From assembly GCF_001194135.2 (NCBI RefSeq), contig NC_068987.1:2689596-2753595 (forward strand): a stretch of 64,000 nt of DNA, read 5' to 3'. Positions 51,062 to 63,869 of the stretch are shown here, piece after piece. The translations under genes and the position numbers were made by a program. The first letter of the stretch is position 1. Every line of letters starts with the position of its first letter. The stretch is from Octopus bimaculoides. Lineage: Eukaryota. Below the pieces are notes generated by a model. The model saw only the letters and a program-made list of their open reading frames with translations, had not been told where the DNA came from and did not search any database.

Positions 51062-52154
51062 TTAAAAGAAACCAGACTACTAGCAGAAACCTAAGGAAGC
51101 AACATGGTGGATATACGGCTTTGGGGGAGGAATAAATGGTCAATGGAGGATATCAGAAAATGTCAGAAGATGGAATAATAATCTTGAAGACAATAACCAG
51201 AGTGACCGAGTTGCGAAAGTGGACAACTGCTGACATCTGTAGAACTGGCCATTCTTGACGTCATTCAAGCAATGAGATATTTAGGTCTGAGCTGATGATG
51301 ATGATATATGTACAAGTATACTGATATATATATGTGTGGGTGTGATGCCTGTATCTGTATGTGTGCACATGTATGTATAGGTTTGTCTGTCTATGTACAC
51401 ACACACATGTATTTCCTTGAATATGTACGTGCAGATGAGCGTAAATGCACATATATACATATACATACACACACACACCTAGTCTATAGACAGATGTGAA
51501 GTTATATATACAGAAAGTGAAGTGTTTATATATATGTGTATATATATATGTGTGTGTGTGTGCGTATGTATGTATGTATGGGTGTATATTTGGTATGTAT
51601 GTATGAATGCTGGTCATTTACTCAAGCTCAAGTCATATTGTGCATATAAACAGACACACAGACAGACATCTCCACATGAAAAACACAATATTTCAAGTAC
51701 TTTGTCACCCTAACTTACACAAACATTCATAGTCATTCTTCTTGGAAGGAGGAAAGAAAGCTATGAGAGAGAGAGAGAGAGATAGAGAGAGAAAGAGAGA
51801 GAGAGAGAGAGAAAGAGAGTGTATGTGTGTGAGGAGGAAGTTGTATGGAGTTACAGTGGCTTACTTCCTCATACAGAAACTTGAAACAACATTGCAAACG
51901 AGGCTCTCCTGGAAGATTATTGGAATATCTTTTTATCTCACAGACTAATGTTGGCTGGCATATTAAGATTGATGACTAAATATTGAAAACTTTGTGATAG
52001 ACTGTCTCAGAGTAGACCAGTCAGATTATGAATTGCAGGCAACACATCTTAGCTATCTGTGTATTTATCTATTTCTACATATAGAGAGATAGAAGTGGAT
52101 AAATATATGGATTTGCGACAAACCATTATCGAAGAATGTGTGTGTGTGTGTGTG

Positions 52155-52290
52155 TGTGTGGTTGAGAAACTTGCTTGTCAGTCATGTGGCTTCAGGTTCA
52201 ATCATACTGTGTGGCACCTTAGGCAAGTATCTACCATGGCCCCAGACTCACCAAAGCCTTATGAGTTAATACGGTAGACGTAAATTGAAA
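52155..52290 (+). mobile_element. SINE family A, 5' half
   Basis: GTGTGGTTGAGAAACTTGCTT...GGTTCAATC...GGCACCTTAGGCAAGTATCT...CCAAAGCCTTATGAGT. Confidence 0.75.
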
Positions 52291-53873
52291 GAACTGTCAT
52301 GCATATGTATGTGAGTATGTGTGCGCGCAGGTGCATGTGTGTGTGTGTGTGTGCGTGTGCGTGTGCGTGTGTGTGTGTGTGTGTGTAATGATTGCTGTGT
52401 GTAAGACACACAGCACTTCCGAAACTCACAAAAGCCGTTGACTTCACTTAATAAACGTTTATTCTTTGTTGTTGGCTGTCAAAATGTTTGTCACTCAAGA
52501 CTGCAACCTGCTCACTGACTGCATTGTTGCACTGCATATTACAAACAATAAACATTTCAGTGAAGTTAACAGCCTCTGTGTGTTTTTGAATGGCTAACAG
52601 GAGTGTCTTCAATGCTGTAATTGTTTTACTTTCTACACAAAGTCGCAAATGAAATCACCTGCCTTCCAAGTCTGCCTCCACCCACACACACGCACACACA
52701 CACACATATATATATAAGCATGTCCCCAATAGCCCTCTTCAGCTGAGTGATCCTAATTTTGTGGGCTCAAAGGTGCCAATGCCACATAAAAAGCACCCAA
52801 TACACTCTGCTAAGAGGTTGGCATTAGGAAGGGCATCCAGCTATGGAAACCATGTCAAAACAAGCAATGGAGCCTGATGTGGCTCCTAGCCTTACTAGCT
52901 CCTGTCAAACCATCCAGCCAATGCCAGGATGGAAAACAGACATTAAATAATGATGATATATATCTATATATAGATATAGATATTTAATTAATGGAGTTGC
53001 TTGAAATGATTATACTGCATCACCTCTGGATATCTTGTTGCTTATTTTGATTTTATTCACCTTATTTTGAAACTGTACGGATAATTCCACACTAATTTTT
53101 GGTGCCTCAACTAAAGTACCTAATTCATGTGAATCTCAATTAGTTTGCTTAACTCGTCAACCAACCCTATATTATTTTTAATCTCTACAATGGTATTTTG
53201 TACATTTTTCACCATCAGTCAACACCAAACAGATTTTATATGTATATGAAATAAAGGCTTGATAGTACTGCCTATGGTATCATAGTACATGGTGCCATTC
53301 TATAAGACACTGCAGTATAGCACATAGTAGTGTAACACATAGTACTGAAGTGTATGGTACTATAATGTAATGTATAGTTGTGTAGTGTGTGGTAGTGTTG
53401 TGTAAAGGAATTGTCAAGCTGGTAACCAGTTCGAACCAGTCAAGTCAGGAATGATGCCAGAGATTCTAACAAATACCAAAACAGGCCAAAATAAAAGACA
53501 TTTCAGTTATTTCTTCAGCATCAATCAATGTTTTGAAGAACTTTCCCAAAACAACAACATTCACTTCAGGATACGGTGTGTGGAATAACTAAATTTTTCA
53601 ACAAAACCCTCTGCAAAAAGTTAATTAATTGTGCCAGAACACATAAATTAAAGACTATTAACATATCAGAGTGCTGACTGTGGCAATATTTTTCTTAGAA
53701 ATGTCCTTTGTTCTGCAACAGTTAGCGCCAACATCTGTTTAAACGCTGCACACCTTCTGCCTACATCTGTGCATCTGTAGTTCTAACAACACAACTGTCT
53801 GGACAGTCTATAAACAAAAACTATTATTACATCACAAATTGGCAGGGTTTCTCCTATTAAAAGACAACTTTGG

Positions 53874-53905
<32 letters not shown>

Positions 53906-54224
53906 TTGTTGTTGTTGTTGCTGGGAGTCTTTTGAAGAATCAGAAGTCAGTGCTAGGTGTTGTTTGACTAAACTTAATTCTGTTTACTTTGTTGATGATG
54001 GTGGTGGTGGTGGTAGTGGTGAGAATGAAGGTGAGGATAAGAAAGAAAAAGAGGAAATTGTAAGCAATCAGTTGTTTCTTTGACCTATATATATATATAN
54101 NNNNNNNNNNNNNNNNNNNNNNNNNNNNNNNNNNNNNNNNNNNNNNNNNNNNNNNNNNNNNNNNNNNNNNNNNNNNNNNNNNNNNNNNNNNNNNNNNNNT
54201 ATATATATATATACATAAGGATAA

Positions 54225-54296
54225 GCATATTAAAAGGGGTTCGTGAGAAAGCTTATTTAAATAAAAGGTTTGGGAACCACTGTTGAGAACCATTGC
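54225..54296. mobile_element. hAT-type MITE terminal fragment(s)
   Basis: GGTTTGGGAACCACTG immediately followed by TTGAGAACCATTG, i.e. two abutting TIR-like ends. The other end may lie in the adjacent gap. Confidence 0.5.
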
Positions 54297-55339
54297 TGTA
54301 AAGTGTGAGGTTGTGAGATTTCATTAGTCTTGCTAGGACATGACCACTTCTCTAATGATGGTGCTATGATAAAAAATAAAAAAAACAGTATATTCGGTAA
54401 AATGGTAGATGTTAGGAAGTGCATCCAGTTGTAGTTGGAACCAAACTGAAATGTGAGTGAAATGAGGTTCTTGGCCCATTTACGTGCGTTTGTGTGTAAA
54501 ATAATCACTTAGAGATGAATATATTTGTGAGTTTAATCTTGTTTTGAAAAATATTCATTTAGGGGAGCAGTAAGAGTTGAATGAGAAAGGGAGAGGAAGT
54601 GAGAGTAGGAGTTTGGTGGAGGAGTAGGAGGAGGGTTTAGGTTTAAACACAGACATCAGATGAGATTTACGACTAAATTCTCGACTCCAGTGAAATCTGG
54701 TTGGTAGATAACCCTGTCAGGACAGTTGCCTAGCAACTAAACAGTGTTTGCATTAAAATGGAATTAAATACAGAAAGTATTTGTTTGATTTGTCCTCATA
54801 AAAAAAAAAAAACTGTGTTAGTTGATGGTTAACAAGGAAGGGAGTTGGTATTTTCTTTAGTTTCAAAGAAATTCAGGTATTCCAGAGGTGTTCTTTTACA
54901 ACACTTCCATATATGGACATCTGTGTTTTTTGATGTTCAAATCAGAAGGGAAAATATAGAATTGTCAGTATTAAGTAGTTTGGAACGGCTGCTTGGAACT
55001 GGAAACATCATAATTATCCTGTTTTAAGGGAACAAGCACAAATGTTGAATTAAGGGTCTTCTTTAACAGGAGAAGGTATTGCATAAAAGGTCAGCGATGA
55101 AGAGGAATAAGAAAACTCACTGAGCAATAACACCCCAAAGACAATTTGGAGGGGTCAGATACCATGAAGGAAAATTCTCAACAGTTGCTGACACGAGTCC
55201 TTTTGAGGAGGAAGTGATGAAAGAATATAATTAAAGTAATCATCATCCGCATCATAGTCATCATCAGGAATAGTTTGCAGCGATTTAACGACTCTGGTGT
55301 AACCCCTTGCTCCCTAATCGAGTCAAACCAATTCATTCA

Positions 55340-55551
55340 CCTCTTTTCATCTCAGCCTCACTCTAAATATGCCACATTTAACACTGATGCAATTATTCAA
55401 GCTAAGGGAAGCCACACGAAATATTAACAATGTATAGTAACTTCTTGAAATGAACATTATGCAATCAATTTTCCTCATTGACATTTTTTCTGTTTTAAGA
55501 CACTGTATCTTAATTGGTTTATGCAAAAAGGCCAAAAACTTTTGCACAGTA
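55340..55551 (+). mobile_element. Tc1-like transposon 3' end relic
   Basis: MP..DAIIQAKGSHTKY* at 55369-55427 (Tc1 C-terminal AVI.AKGG.TKY motif), then a TIR-like GGCCAAAAACTTTTGCACAGTA. A second TIR-like copy ending in TA lies at 55713-55741. Confidence 0.75.
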
Positions 55552-55764
55552 TTTTTGGTGGTCATCTCACATCTTCCCTACTCATTCAGAACCTCTACTA
55601 CAAAATATAATGATTAGATATGGAAATGACCCCAATGTTTCATGTGTAAAAAATGCAATGCGAGACATCCACTTATAAGTTGGCAATTAGGAGAAATTTA
55701 CAATAGTTTAAAGTGGCCAAAAACTTTTGCATGGTACCGTACATACACACATTCACACAGACAC

Positions 55765-55930
55765 ACACAGAATGAGGTTCTTTCAGTTCTCATCCACCAA
55801 ATCCATTCACAAGGATTTGGTTGACCTGGGACTGCATAGAAAACACCTGGCCAAGGTGCCAAGGTGCTGTATAGTGGGATCGAACCGAAAACCATGTGGT
55901 TTGGAAGCAAACCTCTTAACCAAACAGCCA
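55765..55930 (-). mobile_element. SINE family A, 5' half
   Basis: TTCTTTCAGTT..CATCCACCAAATCCATTCACAAGG...GGGATCGAACC...CCATGTGGTTTGGAAGCAA. Confidence 0.8.
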
Positions 55931-56864
55931 AGAAATGTGTTTAATAAGTAAATATCTGTTAAATTAGACCAGCAAGGGAGATGTGAAGGGATGGGGGTGG
56001 AGCAATAACATCAGACTGGTGGAGGGAGAGGGGGAGGTACAATACCATCAGATTGGTGGGAGGGAGGGATGGTGATGGAGGTGGTGATGTCAAACAGGAA
56101 ACAGCAGTGAAATATAAAGAGAGAGGAAGTAAGTTCAATATTGATTGACATTTCAAATAAATATCTTTCCTGGTTTTTCTGTGTCAGTCATGGATGAAGG
56201 AGAAAGAGAGAGAGAGAGAGAGAGAGGGGGGGACGGAGGGAGAGGGAGACAGAAGAGAGATGGAGAAAAAGAGAGAGATGGAGAAAAAGAGAGAGANNNN
56301 NNNNNNNNNNNNNNNNNNNNNNNNNNNNNNNNNNNNNNNNNNNNNNNNNNNNNNNNNNNNNNNNNNNNNNNNNNNNNNNNNNNNNNNNNNNNNNNNNNNN
56401 NNNNNNNNNNNNNNNNNNNNNNNNNNNNNNNNNNNNNNNNNNNNNNNNNNNNNNNNNNNNNNNNNNNNNNNNNNNNNNNNNNNNNNNNNNNNNNNNNNNN
56501 NNNNNNNNNNNNNNNNNNNNNNNNNNNNNNNNNNNNNNNNNNNNNNNNNNNNNNNNNNNNNNNNNNNNNNNNNNNNNNNNNNNNNNNNNNNNNNNNNNNN
56601 NNNNNNNNNNNNNNNNNNNNNNNNNNNNNNNNNNNNNNNNNNNNNNNNNNNNNNNNNNNNNNNNNNNNNNNNNNNNNNNNNNNNNNNNNNNNNNNNNNNN
56701 NNNNNNNNNNNNNNNNNNNNNNNNNNNNNNNNNNNNNNNNNNNNNNNNNNNNNNNNNNNNNNNNNNNNNNNNNNNNNNNNNNNNNNNNNNNNNNNNNNNN
56801 NNNNNNNNNNNNNNNNNNNNNNNNNNNNNNNNNNNNNNNNNNNNNNNNNNNNNNNNNNNNNNNN

Positions 56865-56982
56865 CTATCCTCCTCCATTCTCACCACATGTCCATACCAG
56901 CGCAATCGTCTCTCTTGCACGCCACAACTGATGCTTCTAATGTTCAGCTTTTCTCTCAAGATACTTACACTCTGACGGGTAT
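56865..56982 (-). mobile_element. RTE-clade LINE RT C-terminal fragment
   Basis: VNTRQSVSILREKLNIRSISCGVQERRLRWYGHVVRMEED is open and contains the RTE hallmark RRLRWYGHV.RM. It is cut by the gap. Confidence 0.92.
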
Positions 56983-57126
56983 TCACATATATATATATAT
57001 ATATATATATAACAAAAATCAAAGTGGATGACAGATTTTCGTAGGTTAAGTTCCTTTATCATTGGAATACAAAATACATAAAAAATTCACCAAGATGTTA
57101 GGTTTCAGGTGCTCCATTATTACAAA

Positions 57127-57210
57127 ACATTACAGCTGTTTCGAGGAATGTATTTGTATCAAGTAGATTTTCCATCCGATACGAGTAGTCGCATTTTTCT
57201 CATCAGAGGT
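57127..57210 (-). ncRNA. Decayed minimal type I hammerhead ribozyme motif (Penelope-like)
   Basis: ACCT-CTGATGA-G...CCTC-GAA-ACAGCTGT-A-ATGT: intact core, palindromic stem III and GUA triplet. Stems I and II carry mismatches. Confidence 0.55.
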
Positions 57211-57494
57211 ACAAATAAATCGATTAAAATAGTTTAGAAATTTGAGAAAGCTTAAACTATCTCCTGCTTACAGAACTTGAAGTCCTGTCGAGTAATGTTA
57301 TATTTTTTTTTTAAAGTTCTCAAAGGTATGTATATTTTTATTTATTCATTTATTAGGAAGGGCATCCAGCCGTAGAAACCATGCCAAGACAGACTGGAAT
57401 CTGGTGCAGCTCTCCGGCTTACCAGTTCCAGTCAAACTGTCTAGCACATACCAGCATGGAAAGCAGACGTTAAATGATGATGATGATGATGATA

Positions 57495-57858
57495 TGGTTG
57501 TGGTAAGTTTGATTCCCAACCACATGGTTCCGGGTTCAGTCCTACTGCATGGTACTTTGGACAAGTGTCCTCTACTATAGCCTCAGGCCGACCAGAGCCT
57601 TGTGAGTGGATTTGGTAGATGGAAACTGAAAGAAGCCCGTCGTATATATATGTGTGTGTGTGTGTCTGTGTCTTTCCCCCCAGCATCGCTTGACAACTGA
57701 TATTGATGTGTTTATGTCCCTGTAACTTAGCAGTTCAGTAAACTGACAGAATAAGTACTAGGTTGACAAAGAATAAGTCTTGGGGTCAATTTGTTCGACT
57801 AAAGGCAGTGTTCCAGCATGGCCACAGTCAAATGACTGAAACAAGTAAAAGAATAAAA

Positions 57859-57862
<4 letters not shown>
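57495..57862 (+). mobile_element. SINE family A, near full length, abutting an RTE tail (57350-57492)
   Basis: Complete body with internal (TA)(TG)n and 3' end GCATGGCCACAGTCAAATGACTGAAACAAGTAAAAGAATAAAAGA. Confidence 0.9.
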
Positions 57863-57899
<37 letters not shown>

Positions 57900-58823
57900 C
57901 AAAGCGTTATCTTTCCTCTGCAACGCTCCACAACTTAGTTTTATAAAGAGAGTGGGGGGGGGGCATCACTTCCTCCATCGCCACCCTCCTCATAAACAAT
58001 GACAGGAACAATCACTGCCCCCACCACCTCACCCTTGTGGAGGAGGGGAGGGATCACTTGTTGGGGTTTAACATTGTTTGTATTGGTGGTGGTGGAGTTG
58101 GTGGTTTTGATAGCAGCAATGGTTTGCTGGTGTTGGTGGTGATATTGGCAATGGTGGGGATGGTGGTGGGGATGGTGGTTGTGTTATTTGTTCAGTGAGA
58201 TAAACCAGAAACAAACCCAGTTGAAGACCTTATTTCCTAAACTAACATCTTGGTGCAAGTGAGATATGAACCTATGAACCTTGTGGTCAATAATCCACAG
58301 CCTTAACCCGCACAGCTATTGTGTCTCATTAGCTATGCTGTCCTTCAAGACAGACAATCTTCCCTTCTTTCATCAAACTGGCCCCTTAAACTGGTCCCCT
58401 TGCATCAAGCTGATACATTAGGTCAAGCTGGACCTCTTTAGTCACTGGGTATCTGTGATGTAACAATCACTATGGTGATTATGATAATGATGATCCTGAT
58501 TATGAGGATGACGGTACTAATTATGATGGTAACGACGACGACAACAAGAACAACAGTAATGAAGATGATGATGATGATTCTATTTAAATAAGAGTTTTAA
58601 TCATTAATTAGAAGAGAGCCACTGATTAACAGCATCAATGACAACGAGAGAGAGAGAGAAAGAGAGAGAGTCCCAACCTCTAGAAGACACAATGGGCAGG
58701 ACAGTAGCCTGCCCCTTCCCTCTTCAAATCAACCTTCATTAAACACTTGACAAAGAAACAAGTAATCTAACGGTTTGCTTGTTTCGTTGTTTTACTAAAA
58801 CATATGACAAGAGAGACAGAGAG

Positions 58824-58857
<34 letters not shown>

Positions 58858-59142
58858 CAGTTTTAGATCAAGCAGATAATGGACAACTTCCACCAATTGT
58901 ATCATGGCTGTTGCTATTTCAAATAGCCATTGTCCAGCAGTAAATTACTCTGTGGCTTTATTTCAATGAATCTCTCAGCTGATTCACAACTGTTTCACAA
59001 ACTCTTTTGGTTCAGCTGTCGGCCACAAACTTTCCAATCAACTCACATTAACCGACTTCTCTTAACTATTTCACTCTCCACAATCATAGATTCACTTGCC
59101 AAACATTAACTAAATTACATACTCACTCACACACACACACAA

Positions 59143-59177
<35 letters not shown>

Positions 59178-59187
59178 NNNNNNNNNN

Positions 59188-59224
<37 letters not shown>

Positions 59225-59548
59225 GTAATCACTTCCTGCACGCTTCCTAACAAACTTAGTTCATTTCTATGGCCCAGCACTCTTCCTTCTCAAATAATGA
59301 ATGTCCTCAACACACACACACACATTATCATACATACACTGTCACATACAACAACAGTGACTCACACACACACACACAGATCCACAAAGTGTGTGCGTGT
59401 GTAAGTATAGTATTGCTGCCGGTGAATGGTAAAGGTGATATTAAAACCAACACAAAGAAACAAGCAAGAGACATCGGACAATTAAGTGTAATTCTATGTG
59501 ATTTGTTAAATAACTGCAAAAACAAGTCAACTATGTTACCTATTGTCC

Positions 59549-59790
59549 ATAAACCCACATTTAGCCCAGTTCTATTCTCAGCAATAGACCCACATTTATC
59601 CCAGTTCTGTTCACAGTGATGAACCCACATTTACCCCAGTTCTGTTGACAACAATAGACCCACATTTATCGGAGTTCTATTCACAGTGATGAACCCACAT
59701 TTACCCCAGTTCTGTTCACAACAATAGACCCACATTTATCGGAGTTCTGTTCACAGTGATGAACCCACATTTACCCCAGTTCTGTTGACA
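59549..59790 (+). repeat. 35-bp minisatellite array organised as a 70-bp dimer (7 units)
   Basis: Units start at 59553, 59588, 59623, 59658, 59693, 59728 and 59763, alternating ..ACAATAG and ..GTGATGA variants. Confidence 0.95.
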
Positions 59791-60360
59791 TATCCCCAAC
59801 CACAACTATTGGCCCAACAGCAACTTCCTACAACTTCCTCTGCGTCCCATTCAATCATCATCATCATCATCGTGATCAGTTCAATGCCAAATGGAAATCT
59901 TTGATATAACTGGCCCCTATCTTTTTAAAGGGGTCAAGGCTTGAAGAACCAGAGATGCCATGGGTTGCTAGGGCACAACTCTTCTTTCGTTTCCACAGAA
60001 TAAAACAGGAGAGCCCACACTGCTCTCTGGCAAGCGCTGACTTGTGTCTTGTCATCTTTTACTGGCTTCAGTCATTGGACTGTGACCATTCTGGTGCACT
60101 GCCAGGTAGAGTTTTAGCCAAACAGATTTCTCTGTTGAACTGCTAAGTTGTGGGAATGCAAACAAGTGGTGTGGTGGTTGTAGGGGGTGGTGCAAACCCA
60201 AACATGTCATCCACCCCACCGCCCCATCCCCACCAGCATGATGGCATTAGCATGGCTTACCTGAGCACTTCACTTCACCTTTTGGTTTGTGATTATTTTT
60301 ACATTCAAACAACGACAGAGAAAATATTCAACAATAAACAGCACATATACACACATGCAC

Positions 60361-60486
60361 ACATGTGGGTTTATCGCTGTCAACAGAACTGGGATACATG
60401 TGGGTTTATTGTTGTCAAGAGAACAGGGATACATGTGGGTTTATTGCTGTGAACAGAATAGGGATACATGTGGGTTTATTGCTGTG
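60361..60486 (-). repeat. Same 35-bp minisatellite in inverted orientation (~3.6 units)
   Basis: CATGTGGGTTTAT..TGT.AA.AGAA..GGGATA-type units at 60362, 60397, 60432 and 60467 are reverse complements of the 59549 unit. Confidence 0.92.
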
Positions 60487-61263
60487 CCTGGTTCCAATCT
60501 GATCTGGCAAGGTTTCTACAGCTGGATGCCCTACCTAATGCCAACCACTCCGAGAGTGTAGTGGGTGCTTTTTGCGTGTCACCAGCATGAAGGCCAGTCA
60601 GGTGGCACTGGCAAAGACCACGCTCGCATGGTGCCTTTTTGCATGCCACCAGCACAGGGGCCAGTCAGTTAACCCCAACCTACAGATGTGGCTTAAATAC
60701 TTACAATGGAGTCACAGCCCTGATTAAAGACACTTAGAGTCAAGATGGTGACATTACACTAACAGATTCTATACCCACGTCAGGCAGTATATATAAGTAT
60801 GTATACAGCAAACAGTATGTATAAATATGAGTACATCTGACAGTGTGTATAAGGGTATATACATCAAACAGTATGTATAAGAGCTGACAAAACTGTAAGA
60901 TGTAAACTGTTCTCTGTTATACACACACACACAATGTCTATGTAACAGTAAAAAGACATACATATACATATGTACACAAATACACACACACATATACACA
61001 TACATGCATGCACACGTGCACAGACATACACACACACACACACACACACGTATCTATATCCTATTATCACGGTTAAAAACCGCTTCTATACTTGATCAAT
61101 ATCTCAAGCAAAAGTACAGAAAGTGTCTACTTATATAATGTCATTTGTTGCTTTTGAAAGTAGAGGAAGAGGAGGAGGAGGGAGAAGAGGAGGAGGAGGG
61201 AGAAGAGGAGGAATGAAAGTGTGGGTTGTGTTTTACTGTCATGACACAAAACCATACACAACA

Positions 61264-61312
<49 letters not shown>

Positions 61313-62242
61313 GGCACTTCATTCAGACGAGTTTCATGAAAGAAGCTGGGGAGAATTTAAAGAAACACATTGCCGGAACAAAAGCCATCTTTAACGCGTC
61401 TCCATGAGAAATAAATTCTGGGAACCAGCAGCTGACGGAACAGTTTGTCTCATTACAACAACAACAACATCAACAACATCAACTGTTGCGATGATTGTTG
61501 TTGTTGCTGCTGTTGTTGTAAAGACATTTTATAGTTTGGAACAATAAGACAAGAATTTGGAGAAACGGCAGCAACATGTGGCTAGAAAGACATGATAATA
61601 ACATCAGTGTTGCTACAATCTCTAGGACACACACAACATACATATGTACGCACGCACGTGTGCGTGTGTGTGTGTGTGTGTGTGGACACTCAGTTGTACA
61701 GCCAAAAGTCTCACAGGCCATGCTGGAGCACAAAGGCCAATAATAGTGGAATCACACGTCGACAGGAGTCCAGGGTCAAAAGCAATACAAGATTGGTTTT
61801 GGTTTTAATTGAAGAAGTAGCCAAACTAGTTTCTTCAACTGACAGAAAATCATTCAGACTCTGGACTAATTAATTAGTAACAAGTCTTTGTGCCTCACAC
61901 CTGACCATGCCAAAGAAGGAAGGTAGGTAGGTACATAGATAAATAGTCAGACAGGTATATATAAATATATGCGCTGGAGCCATGTATGAAGTACCTGTGC
62001 CAATGCCGTGCCAATGCCGTGCCACATGAAAAGCATTGGTGATGGTGCCACATAGAAAGCACCCGGTCCACTCTGTAAAGTGGTTGGCGTTAGGAAAGGT
62101 GTTCAGCCATAGAAACCATGCCAAAACAAATACCTGGAGCCTGGTGCAGCTCTTTGGCTTTCCAGTTCCTATCAAACCATCCAACCCATGCCAACATGGA
62201 AAACAGATGTTCAATGATGAGGATGGTATCTATGCACATTCA

Positions 62243-62491
62243 GGGCTGTGGCCCAGTGGTTACAGGGTTGCACTCATGGTCATAAGATTATGGTTTCGAT
62301 TCCTGGGCTAGGTGATGCATAATGTTCTTGAGCAAGACTTTCATTTCATGTTACTCCAGTCTACTCGGCTGGCAAAAATGTATAATCCTGCGACAGACCG
62401 GCGTCCCATCCATCGGAAGGAATATTATCCACCACAGAAACCTGGAAACTGTTCCTACAAATCCATGTGACTCGGGGAGGAGCTTTACGTT
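62243..62491 (+). mobile_element. tRNA-headed SINE with V-domain-like segment
   Basis: Head TGGCCCAGTGGTTA...GGTTTCGATTCC and CCTGCGACAGACCGGCGTCCCATCC. Confidence 0.75.
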
Positions 62492-62692
62492 ATGTATTTT
62501 ATATATGTGCACACACACACACACACAAAACACACATGCACAGTGCTGCACTACTTTACAGACTTGCATGCATACACATATCATTGTAAACATACACACA
62601 CACAGACTTCGTTTAATGTAACACACAGATATAGAAAGATATACACACGCACACACACACACACAATGACACATATACAGGCGGTGTGAAAA

Positions 62693-62731
<39 letters not shown>

Positions 62732-63070
62732 TAGAATACTGCAGCTGTCCCCCATGACTATCACTACCCCCATCACTGCCGCCCACCCCTCTACACTATT
62801 AGATGTAACATTACAGAACCAAGTCTAGCTAAAGGTCACACACCTACAACATAACATAAACTCTAATGTTGGGTGGATTACTTCAACATTACACCACCAC
62901 CACCACCACCGTCATCTCACCACCACCACCACCATACAGAGATTGGGTCTGTTGGAAACTTATAGCCAACAAATAACATGCTTTGAGAGTGTATGCATAC
63001 ATATAGATTTGTATATACACATAAACCCACATATGTATGTACATGTTTATAAACCCCACACGCATGTGAG

Positions 63071-63102
<32 letters not shown>

Positions 63103-63494
63103 CGCAGATGTATAGACTTGACAAATACAAATTCACACACACACACACACAATCCTCCTCCTCATCATCATCATCATCATCAGCTGACTGATTTTGATCA
63201 GCCATTTTTAACTCAAGCATACCTTCCGACTCAGTCCAGCATAGATTGAGGGAGGTCTTTGAGGAAGCATCCAGTGTCTGTGGCGAGGTGATCTGCATAC
63301 GTTGTGTTCAGACAACAGACATACAGATACAATGGGCTTCTTTTAGTTTCCATCTCCAAAGTCCACTTACTGGGGCTAAACGACAGCAAATGCACCTCAG
63401 ATAAGAAAACAGTTTAAGAATAGTTAAGTAATGGATGACGGTTAGATAGTAGCTGGACAGTAGTTAAGGAATAGATAATAGATAATGCTGCTGT

Positions 63495-63740
63495 TCATTC
63501 CTTCTCAAGCCATGCTTGGCTCATAAGGGGCCAGTTTCCTGGTTTCATTGGCGTATAGGTTCCCCACCTGGATGGGACGCCAGTCCATCGCAGGTGAGCT
63601 GCTAGATGCAGGAAGAAAGAGCGAGAGAAAGCTGTGGTGAAAGAGTCAGCAGAAGGCCGCTATTACCTGGAGCTCAGGTGTTTCACTCATAAACACACAC
63701 ATCACCTGGTCTGAGATTCAAACCCACGATCCCTCAACCG
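63495..63740 (-). mobile_element. SINE with V-domain-like segment
   Basis: Minus strand CCTGCGATGGACTGGCGTCCCATCCAGG matches the V-SINE central domain as recalled. B-box-like GGGTTTGAATC at about 63716-63726. Confidence 0.75.
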
Positions 63741-63869
63741 GTGGGGAGAGGGGCACACATAAGATTTTGTTGTTAAAATTTGTGCAATAAATTGTTTATA
63801 CGTCTACAATAAAACAAAATATTAAAATATTTTTAATACAATTCCTGATAATATTTTATATACAATTTA

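Noticed and set aside
51065-51240. Possible RTE C-terminal relic on the plus strand (also 38560-38700)
   Set aside because: Only vague resemblance, with no diagnostic motif retained.
58385-58415. miR-133-like TGGTCCCCTT
   Set aside because: The 3' half diverges and there is no complementary arm to form a precursor hairpin.
59549-59790. CRISPR-like regularly spaced ~35-bp repeats
   Set aside because: Units are contiguous with no unique spacers, there are no cas genes, and the context is eukaryotic.
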